Below, in pieces: positions 53,581 to 64,000 of a DNA stretch of 64,000 nt. Under the pieces are notes generated by a model. It was not told the origin of the DNA and made no database searches. It saw only the letters and a program-made list of their open reading frames with translations. The DNA is taken from the NCBI RefSeq assembly GCF_006345805.1, contig NC_043011.1:31632464-31696463 (forward strand), given 5' to 3'. Positions within the stretch are counted from its first letter, which is position 1. Every line of letters starts with the position of its first letter. Position numbers and translations under genes: made by a program. Source of the stretch: Octopus sinensis (taxonomy: Eukaryota).

Positions 53581-55539
53581 TGGAGTGGTACTCAAAGAGA
53601 TGTAAATACAGTGGCAATGAAGTAAAATAGTCTCATGGTAATATGCCTAAGAAGGTGGATAGAAGAGGGCATGGTATACAGAAGAATCAGGGAGGGTTGG
53701 TAAAGTGCAAGAGTGTGGGAGGAGAGTAAGAGATAGATAAAAATATGGAGTGGGAGTAGTGAGATGTGTATAGGGGATGAACGTAGTGAATGGTAAACAG
53801 GGATGGTAGGATGGTAAATATGAGTGTGGCGATGATGGTAGGTATAACGGGGGGTGGGGGCAATTAGGTGTATCTCAGAGAAGAGGGAGTGTTGACTGGC
53901 AGTACAAAAGTAGTAGATAAGAGAGATGGAGGAGGGATGAGTGACAGGAAGATAAAGGTAGGATAGGGTGGGAATTGGATATAAACAAGGGTGGTAGTAG
54001 TTAATGGTAAAAATAAAGGATGGTGTTAATAGGAAGTGGTTCAGAAGAGGGACCCCACTGTCTATCTGGCTGGGGGAAGTAGAAGAAAAAGTAGCAGTTG
54101 TAGACTTGGAAGGAACATTGAGAGAGAGACCTAGATAAGTGCATACACATTGTGCTTTGAGAGCCTCAGTCATACCCATGCTAGCCTAGCTGGACAGATT
54201 TTCTCAACCTCTGTATATCACACCAATTATCTAGGTCCTTTGTCATCTCTTCCATGTTGCTCAACATCCTGAGATTAGATTTTTTGCTTCCTCAGGTTCC
54301 ATATACTGTAAACAATTGGCACTTCTTTATACAATATTCTCTCTCTCATGCTACATCTTATTCCTCTTGGGCTCAGTTTTCACTGGTCCTCATATTCAAG
54401 GCCTCAGATCTTACTACATTGTAGCATTGCAGTTCATACACAAGTATCATAGTTTGTCTTTCACTTCTGTCCATCTACCAATCCAGATTGTGATGTATAT
54501 GCAAAGATAAATTTCTCAACTGCATTAACTAAGACTATTGTAATCTTAATTATCCTATCTCTCACTCATGACTATGTTGATTACTTTATCCATTTTGCTG
54601 CCAATATTATTTATATTCCACCTACTAATATCAGCCCAGGAAAGTTTATACCTTTATACCTATAGGCACAGGCATGTCTGGGTGGTGAAGAAGCTTGCTT
54701 TCCAACTATGTGGGAGTATCTTCTACTATAGCCCCAGGCCAGCCAAAACCTGTTGTATATGTGTAGGTATGCACTTACGCGTGTATGTTTGTTTCTACAT
54801 TTGTCTAGATGTCATGTGATAGTTGTAAATGAGCATCACTATCATACATCATTTCCAGTCTTCCTTGTTGAGCTAATTTTAACGATAATTTCACAAAGGA
54901 ACAACATAATTTTTATTTGTTTTAGTTAGGTGTCATAAGTAATTGCAAAATTTTCAGAGCAAATGCAACATAGAAAGAGCCTATTATTTATATGCAATAT
55001 TTAAACTTATTTCAAGCAACATTTTTAAAGGACAGAGTAAAAAAACATTTTTAATACTAATTCTGAATTTTACTTTTAAGTATGTACTTCCAGGTAATTT
55101 GTGTTGGTGGTTACAGTGGATAGTTTCCCACTGTGTAATTTGTCTTCAGTGCTAGATTGCTCTTCTTTAAACTTTTACATCCATCTGTACACTTTTGCTT
55201 TTGACAATGATGTCATCTACTTGAATGATTTGTAGCCTGCTGTGAGTTTTGGACATCATCTTGCACCTCTTGCAATGAAGACGGACAGGAAGAAGAAGAG
55301 CTATTCTACCAACCTATGTAATTTGAAAGACCTGTGTCTGTTAAGAATAAGATTATTCCCACTTTTGCATTACTTTTGGTACAATACGCATTCATATATT
55401 TATGTCTATGTGTATGTACTAATATAGATATGTATATAGCTATCATTTTACGTCCATTTTCTTTGTGTGTGTGTGTGTATATATGTATGATGGACTCTCC
55501 TGTTGTTAGATGATTTATGAAGGTTCGATAATTTTTTAT

Positions 55540-55786
55540 CAAACAAGAACAAACACACAGATGATTTGTTTATAGTGATCAAATGTTTATGTACCCATAA
55601 GCTCATTCCCTCCATCAGATCAACATTACCTGTACAGGTGCCACATGTCAGATGTCGAAATGCTCACAGAGCAATGTGAAATGAAGTGCTTTGCTCAAGA
55701 ACACAATGCAATGCCCGGTCTGGGAATTGAACCCATGATCTCGCAGTCGTGAGTGCAACACCCTAACCACTAAGCCATGTGCCTTC
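55540..55786 (-). mobile_element. SINE family C
   Basis: Reverse complement of 19779-20040. Confidence 0.75.
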
Positions 55787-56077
55787 ACACACACACATAC
55801 ACAAACGTGTTTAAACACTCATATATATGCATGATTTTACATTCATTTCTCCTGTTAGTATCCTGTTCTATTGTTACATGCTTTATATAGCCAGAGACTC
55901 TTTTGGCCACCAAATCGCACTGGTTTTGTAAATAAAGTAATTTTAATTCTTTTGGCCTCCACATATCACAGCTGATGAAGTAGCTCAGTTTTCTTTACTG
56001 GAGAACATAAAATCATTGGCATTTTGGGGGCAAACTTAATGTAGGCACTGCTGAATCAACACATACATACATATGTA

Positions 56078-56117
<40 letters not shown>

Positions 56118-57668
56118 ATGTGTGTTTGTGTTTGTTTAATATTTGTCTTTCCCGTGCTAGCATGGAAAAACCTGTAAATATGAAACAAATATAATATTCA
56201 TCTAACCAATGCTAGAATGCTGAAACAATTATAAGCAAAATCTCCTCTTTGTCTGCCTGTCTTTCTCTCTCTCTTTCTCTCTCTCTATGCATATATAAAG
56301 ACCCCTCCCACACAACTTACACTATTGCCTTTCCATTTTGTCCCTTCCTTCCCTCCCTGCTATTATTAATACCTATTCTACTACTGTTACTCTCTCCACC
56401 TATCTGCCTAAGATCTCTGCATTCTCTCTCACCTATTCTCCCTCAATTATAGGGACTACTTTAGACCTTTAACTTTGCGAGATAGTGCTGGTGCCATGAA
56501 AAAAGGCACCCAGTACACTCTGTAAAATAGTAGCATTAGGAAGGGCATCTATTCATAGAAACCATGCCAGAGTAGACAGTGGAGCATGATGCATTCCCAA
56601 CTCTTCAGATCTTCTCAAACTGTTCAGTCCATGGCAACATGGATGCCAGATTTTAGAAGATGGATCATTGCATGTGTGCATATGCAGTTGTGTGTGTGTG
56701 GTATCTACCACTTTACAAGCCAATGAAAACACACTTATGTGATTGCTTGATCTGTTGTAAATAACAACCAGATTTTCCACGAATCAAACCCTTCCATCTT
56801 AAAACTGAAAGGGGACACTGGACATGGTGTTCCTGGATCTACAATAAAATGTATTTTTCCAGGCTGGAACATTTCTGATTATATCTTCTCAATCAGTTTT
56901 ATTATAGGGCCAAGTGACAACAACGAGGTACATACACATGTACCTGTATGACAGAAATATTCAATGAATAAATTAACTTGTCACAGATTCAATGATTTGA
57001 ATAGAATCATAATTTTTTTTTTTAATCACTAAACATGGCAATCTTCCCTGCCTTTACATATGCTCCTAGTTGTATTTTGTTTTTGTTACTTCTTTCCTTT
57101 AAATTAGCATCTAATCACATACCCTGTTCATTAAGCTTGAAAACCTGTTTTTAATAAGCCAATATTTATAAATGTCCTGTACAAAACTTAGCTTGCAAAA
57201 TTATTATTTCATTGTATATAGAGGTCTAATCAATTTCTCTTCTCCAGAGAGAGAGACTGTTATTTGTCAGAGTTTTTTTATTAGAATTTTTAATCCTAAT
57301 TTTCATTTTGACCTGTCACGTTTTATCCATTAGGGAAATATAGTCAATTGAATTCATCTCAATAGATTATTGAAACTTGTTTTATTGGTTGTATATCAGC
57401 AAGAAAAGCAAAATTGATCTCACCAAAATTTCTACACAGGACATTGAGTCAGTATAGTTTTGCATGAATTGAAGCACCTCAAGGGACCTTGTACCAAGAA
57501 TGTTATTGACAATTAGTAGTAAAGTTAACCCAAATTTCATTGGGACCCCCACCCACAGAAAGCTTAAATCTGGAGCAGCGATGTAAAAAAAGTTACAGTA
57601 GTTTTTAAACTTTTTTTTTAATATTTTAATGTCAGGTTCTTAGTTATAAATTCACTGTTATTATTACC

Positions 57669-57701
<33 letters not shown>

Positions 57702-57894
57702 GTATGCACACACCCACACACGCATTCACTCACTATATTTAGTATGTATCTTAGTGTATTCCTTTTCCTTCTTGTTCAACATTTGTATGTTTGTCCCTTT
57801 CCATTGTTCTCATCTGTGCCATTTAAAACTTGTAGCTTCACTGTAAGACCCGATATTTTTGACGACATAAGGCTGTTTATCTGCTCACTCAACT

Positions 57895-58400
57895 TGAGCC
57901 AATGAAGCAAGCCTCAGCTGTGCCATTCCCATTTACTGCTCTTTATAAAATTTAACAAAATGCAACAGCTGGCTACAATTTTATTGAACATTATTTTCTA
58001 ACTGATAAAAGAATTTTTTTTTTTCAAGCATGTATTTGTGTGTGTATGTGTGTTATTTAACAATTATTCCATGCATTATTTCAATTAGATATTCTCTAAT
58101 TCATAATGAAATAGTATATATTTTTTTAAATAGTTGACTTTCGTTTGCTTACTTTTGTTTTTCTTCTACTTTTTTGTTTAGTTAATATTTTCTTTCCCTC
58201 CTATTCTTCAGTAGTTTCAGGTAGTCTCTCTCTCTAATTGTGTCATGAACTCACTTGAAGTAGATGTTACTATTAGAAATAGTTCAATCAATAGTTTAAA
58301 TGACCTTTATATTATAATGGATAGTCTTAAAGACTTCCTGGCTTCAGAAATAGAATGTTTGTAAAGAACACCTCATTTCCATTCAATGATAGGAAGTGAC
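57895..58400 (+). promoter_or_regulatory. Candidate internal promoter
   Basis: CCAAT at 57899, TATAAAA at 57944, CAGCTG E-boxes at 57915 and 57966, ETS-like ACTTCCTG near 58333 and AGGAAGTG near 58391. Motifs only. Confidence 0.3.
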
Positions 58401-58691
58401 AGTGAAAGAGCTGTTATTTGGGATCTTCTTTTTCCACAGTATTTACTTTCTGTTGGAAGGAGCAACTGTAAGGATGTGAAAATATTTCACTCTTTGTAAT
58501 ATCTATTCTGTTTGCTTTGATTAAGATTTAACGTCAACTATGTAATACTCACTTGCTGTGTAATGGAGCTAAAGCATATGCAATGATAGTGTAAAGTAAT
58601 AATACATATCTTTTTGGCTACAATGCTCTTTGGTTGATATATTCTCTAAAATAAGCTTGAACTTATAGTTTGTTGTAAACAATTCTTTTCA

Positions 58692-58733
58692 ATGGATTAT
58701 ATTGAGCTAAAGCCATTACAATTTTACCATGAG
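58692..58733 (+). CDS. Candidate alternative first coding exon of the E-protein gene, MDYIELKPLQFYHE
   Basis: ATG followed by 14 open codons ending at a consensus GAG|GTAAGT donor in phase 0, the same phase as the exon F donor. Lies in unique sequence. No transcript evidence. Confidence 0.5.
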
Positions 58734-59674
58734 GTAAGTTTATTTCTTCTTTTCTTCTCCTTTTAAATCAATGTGAAAAAGTATAGGTCTTTTAATATGT
58801 ACCTTTAATATTTGTTCACTGTACTTAACCAAATATTTAAAAGAAATTATACTTTTACTGTGTATTTATTATTTTAAACTTTCCTTTTTGTGTTACACAG
58901 GTCAGGGAATTAGTTCTTTCTCCTTATCAGTGTTATTTGGCTATATTCAGACTTTTGATCATGTTGATTTGTTTATAGACAACCTCTGTGTGTGTACGTG
59001 TGTGTGAGTGTGTGTATCTTCCTGTTTTTCAACCCGGTTTGCATTTTTTGCATCATTAAAATTAGTATTACCTGAAAAATGGTAGTTATAATGTAAAATC
59101 TAAAAATGTACTTTTAATTATAGTTTATTATGTTGTGCAAAACTTGTATTACTCATTTAATAGTTTCTCCTCTCCCTCTATATTGTAGTTCATTGTAAAG
59201 GATGTATTAGATTAGCATTATTGCATTAACTAGTTTATATGAAGTTTCCTTTATGGTGTCATCATCATCATCATCTTCCATGCATGAATTGCATGAGTTT
59301 ATTCACCAGTCCCCAGTCGGTATGAACGAGCCTGATATTCTATAACTGAAAATATTTTTCCTTCCTATCTCTGCTTCAAGTTTTCATTTTACATTGGATT
59401 AACAGCCCTATCTTTTTAGTGAGTAATATTTCATGACTGGAAATGCCTCGACACAATTTTATTCTCAACAAAATTATCTCTCTAGCTTCAGTGAATTAAG
59501 TACCTGTAATGTACTGGGTTTTACTAAATGAAATATACTGCTTCTTCACTGGTGTAAGGATTTGAGTTGATTAAAATAATAATAATAATAATTTTCAGTA
59601 TTTTCTGTAATGCAACAGCACTGTTAGGTTGCTGTTGTCTCTGTTTTGTGCATGCGTGTATACTGTTATGTATA

Positions 59675-59883
59675 TAACCCTTTAACATTTAAATCGACCC
59701 AAATATTCTTCTTGTTTTATATTCAAACTGACTGATCCGGCTTCTTCACACCTACCCTATAAAGTCCTACTAAAAATTTTTTAAAATCACATCGTTGAAA
59801 TCTCAAAGCTATAAGATACTGTTATGATTAATAATTAATTAAACATTACATTTGATAGTGTAATCTGAATGCTAAAGTGTTAA
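59675..59883 (+). mobile_element. piggyBac-like MITE copy
   Basis: taaccctttaacattt ... aatctgaatgctaaagtgttaa. Confidence 0.7.
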
Positions 59884-60532
59884 ACAGTGTAGAATGTTCA
59901 AATGTGCTACTTCCTGCGATGATTCTGTTGTCAATATTACTTATTATTCAGATCAGAGGTAGCTGCTATCAATGAATGTTTATCCATATCAAGTAGCTTT
60001 ACTGCATTTCATGCTATACCAATGGAGCATTTCATCAAGTTTTGCTGTTCCTGCTGCTGCTCACAACAGTAAAATGTTTGCTGTTTTGTTGGGATTGACA
60101 GCCAGGTAAACCTGGGATTGAGCTTTTGTCACATTGCACCTGTGTATATAACATTACAAACGACCAGCCCATTCTGGGTTTTCTTATGTCTTATCCATTC
60201 AGCCGTTTGTGACTCTCCCATCTATTTTCTAATGCTAATTATATTGAAAGAGATAACTTCAGGTTATATCTGATAGATTTTCAGTGGAGTTTAAGCAGAA
60301 GGAATTAATATAATGTGAAGAATTATTTTTGCCAAGACCCATCACTAATGATGCCAGAGTGGTTTGACTTGTTTTCTTTTTCCCTTAAGTCATATACTAA
60401 CTGCAGCCATCACAACAATAAACTCATCCTTTTGCCCTGAGATTTTTCCCAGTGTACAGACATGCTCAACATACAGCAGCATAAACATATTACCTTTATT
60501 ATAAGCATGCAGAATGTATAATTTTTTAGGTG

Positions 60533-60950
60533 TGGGAGAGGCTGTGTAGTAAGTAGCTTGCTTACCAACCACATGGTTCCCGGTTCAGTCTCACTGTGTG
60601 GCACCTTGGGCAAGTATCTTCTACTATAGCCTCAGGCCGACCAAAGCCTTGTGAGTGGATTTGGTAGATGGAAACTGAAAGAAGCCCATGGTATATATGT
60701 GGATATATATATATATATATATATATGTTTGCATGTCTTTGTTTGTCCCCCCCCACACACACACACAACATCACTTAATAACTGATGCTGGTGTGTTTAC
60801 GTCCCTGTAACTTAGCAGTTTGACAAAAGAGACCGATAGAATAAGTATTAGGCTTACAAAGATTAAGTCCTGGAGTCGATTTGCTCGACTAAAGGCGGTG
60901 CTCCAGCATGGCCACAGTCAAATGACTGAAACAAGTAAAAGAATAGAAGA
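60533..60950 (+). mobile_element. SINE family A, full length
   Basis: Closely similar to 26228-26612. Confidence 0.88.
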
Positions 60951-63900
60951 ATACGTGTATTTTCTGTTAGGACAGAATTTTTGAGTTATGAAATTTGATT
61001 GAGTAAATTCTTGTCTGTGGAGTAAGTTTTTCACTGTAGCAGGAGCACTAGCGTGTGTGTATTTTTAATTTTTTTTTTTTTTTCATTGTGAGTAACACTC
61101 TTGATTGTTGGCTATTTTTCTCTCTATCGACCATACCATATATCAGTCAGTTTTCAGATTATAATATCTTATTATTTGCAGTTAATTTCATATTGATGTG
61201 TGCACCCACAACCTAGATGATTGCTATTTCATTCATTTCAGATATTTTCACAGTGTCCAATGCTGAAATATCTATCTTGTTATTGTGATTATGAGACCTA
61301 TTCATTAAGTCCTTTCAACCTGTTTGCTCACTATAAGGTGGTAATCCCTTGATAAATCTTTATATTGTTAAAAATTGTGGAGAAAATCATGAATATCATT
61401 CTTTTCATCCTCGCCCCTCCCCATTTTTTGTGTCAAAGGTCAGATGGCAAACCTGTCGTTACCATCACCATTTTTATTACAAATGCAATGGAGAGCATAA
61501 ATAGTAAAAAGTTTGATCAAATACCCTATGGTTATACAGTTTCATTTCTGTAGATCCTCTTAATCAGCTTTACCTTTCATTATTATGTAGACCATAAGTA
61601 CCATTTAAAGAATAATTGTCATCGCAGTGGTGTATTGGGAGAAACAGCAAAATATTGGACAAAATGCCTGTTACATTCAACATTATGAGTTCAAATCCCA
61701 TTGGGATCAACTACAGCTTTCATCGTTCTGTAATTGATAAAATACGTACTGGTGCGATTGATTCAGTTTACTGTACTCCTCCCAAAGTTGGCATTGTGCC
61801 AAAGTTAGATATTAAATTCTATTACTATTAAATGCAGTAATATTTATTTTAAAATAAATTGTGGGCTATAGAGATGATAGTAGTATCAATTTTTAAGTGT
61901 ATCACTTTTCCTTATTTAATGGTTGCTTTTACTAGTAGTCTAGTTGAGCTTTCTTTAACCATATCTACATACCACTGAGCCTTTAATCCTTTTAATTCCA
62001 CACTGTGTTTCTAAATTCCACTGATTCTATTCACAAATTAGGTCATCTTAATGTTTTATAGACACCCTCAATAACACTCCAGCCTTGAATTCTGTTGTGA
62101 CACTTTTAAGTAGTTGGATTACAATTAACATGCCCAGAATTGGACCCACATAGATTTTGAATTCCTCTGTATAAAAATAATAACCTGAATATGCCTTTTT
62201 TTTATATATATATTTCCCACACCTGAATTTATAACTTCCTTTCATAAGTCATTCATCCATATCTAATTCCTGCTTTCTTCACCACACCTCACTATACAAT
62301 ACAGCTCTTGTCAAATGCTTTACTTTGTTAGACTCTGCATTAATGCTTATAGACATCTAATCCCTAATACTGAAATGACAGTATTAGATTAAAATTGATA
62401 TTCTTTCACACTAATCACATGGAGTGGTAAGGGGGTCCATTTCCAATCATAGTTTTCATCTCATTGTTTATATTTCTTGATTATTTATAACAGTTGATCC
62501 AATGCCTTGTATCGCTGTGTACATTACGCTGATTCAATCAAGTTTATTTCCTCTTCAAGTTGGCTTTGAACATAGCAGCAGAAACATCCTGTTAAATCTT
62601 GGTCGTCCGTTGGTCACCCAAGGAATATATATATCTGATTGAAAGTGAACTTTCAATTGCTATGTTTAAAATACATCAATTTTAATCAATGTCATTTGGT
62701 AGGGTTCGGATTAAACTCCTAAAATATTATTAAAATGTTCTACTGAAGTATAACTGCTGAGTAAAAATTGACAGCTGCGGCAGTAGCATTGTTGCTATAC
62801 CCCAGGCCGATGGTGGGGGTAGGATGCTTAAGTCCTTCAGAAAGAAGTACAAATCATTATATTGGATTATATTTTTGTTGATTTAAATTTATTGAAAGCT
62901 TAACTTTACAGTTAAATACGAATTTTTAGAAAGACCTATTTAAATTTCTCTGATCTACATTGTAACTACAATTGTGTTTTAAAATATAAATCCAAAGAAA
63001 GTTTAAAAAAGTTATAGTATTTGTTTTAACTCATTAAATCTTGCTATGATCAACTTAACCTTTCAACCCTCCAGGGTCAATAAAATAACATACCAGTCTA
63101 GTTTTGAGGTCGATGGTATCCACTAACCCCTCAGAATTGCTAACTTTGTGTCTAAGAAAGTCCCTCTCAAAATTGCTTACTTCTTGTCTAAATTAGAAAC
63201 CGTTTTGATGCCATCTTATCAGATGGCAGTAAACTAAGGCAAAATGCGTTGAGTGTTGCGTCATGTGCTACACACGAACAAGAAGGAACATCTTGTGAAA
63301 CTGAATTGAAATGTTATTGTTTATAGTACGGCAATTGATTCCTTCTAACACAATTGTAAATCAACCTTATTTTCACGCTTTTCTCCAATTCCAAAAATAT
63401 CGATCGAAATATGGTGTATAAACTATAAAACTAAACTACCCCTTCTCTTTATTCAAATTACTATCAACTGTAACTAATGCTAAATGCCGAGTTTTTAACA
63501 GCATGTTTCAAGAAAAGATAATCTGTGCCTTCGTAGATCATTAGTTATCTCCCTTGCGTTACATCGCGTATTGTTTTTTTCAATATTTTGCGTATTTGCG
63601 ATCAAGGTATATACTAACTTGAATTGATGTATAAATTGTTTTAAGATATTTTTTAAAGTTTATATCTATATTATTCATTTTGAGTTACATTGCATCAAAT
63701 GATGTTGATGGTGCTAATAAAATAAGAATATTAGGTGTTGGAATAATGATTAGATATGTGACTTTTAAAATGTATGATATAAAATATAAAGCAATGAATA
63801 TTTAAAGTTTGTAAGAGCTACTAAGATAATTCATTACTACCATTTATGAAATAATACAAATACTGCAATCTTAGGCACATCTCAGTTCTCCACTGTGCTT

Positions 63901-64000
63901 ATGTGAATGCATATTTAAGTAATGTCTATAGCAAAGAGGAGAGCAAAGATTTGGAATGACAGATTCATGAAAATGTTACTTTATTGTTTAACATTATATA

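Noticed and set aside
53592-54179. 195-aa minus-strand ORF
   Set aside because: Comes from a purine/pyrimidine-biased tract, probably a retroelement remnant, and the composition explains the lack of stops.
59969-60110. Short ORF MNVYPYQ... near a CAG|GTAAAC donor
   Set aside because: The donor is not in phase 0 for this ORF, and the phase 0 frame has a stop with no ATG after it.

Overview
AT-rich, microsatellite- and SINE-dense animal DNA whose repeat families look like those of octopods (inference). The window lies inside a + strand class I bHLH E-protein gene (TCF12/TCF4/daughterless family). Six short coding exons with canonical AG/GT sites splice in frame (phases 0-1-0-1-0-1-0, 468 nt) to MFSPPVAGQGIKNGTTNMDSMYSGGYKQGLDDANWSNNGQGSSYDSRLYDNQTYNGQANENMHSFMNSDMSLLSKNNDIPYNRSGYSSRDNSVPSQGLLGNSMPMSPDSLSPVAKPGSPYYGFNSKRTLEEPLRGARAGKYTPPNPNSQKRRKSGS. 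I did not find the AD1 exon or the bHLH exons here. Most ORFs in the supplied track are spurious. The introns hold a decayed Buster-type hAT transposon nested in a SINE, hAT, piggyBac-like and mariner MITEs, RTE and Penelope fragments (some with decayed hammerhead cores), several SINE families and four striking hairpins. The best lead is a candidate internal first exon (MDYIELKPLQFYHE, phase 0) with promoter motifs, in the intron equivalent to the one housing vertebrate HEBAlt/TCF4-A.
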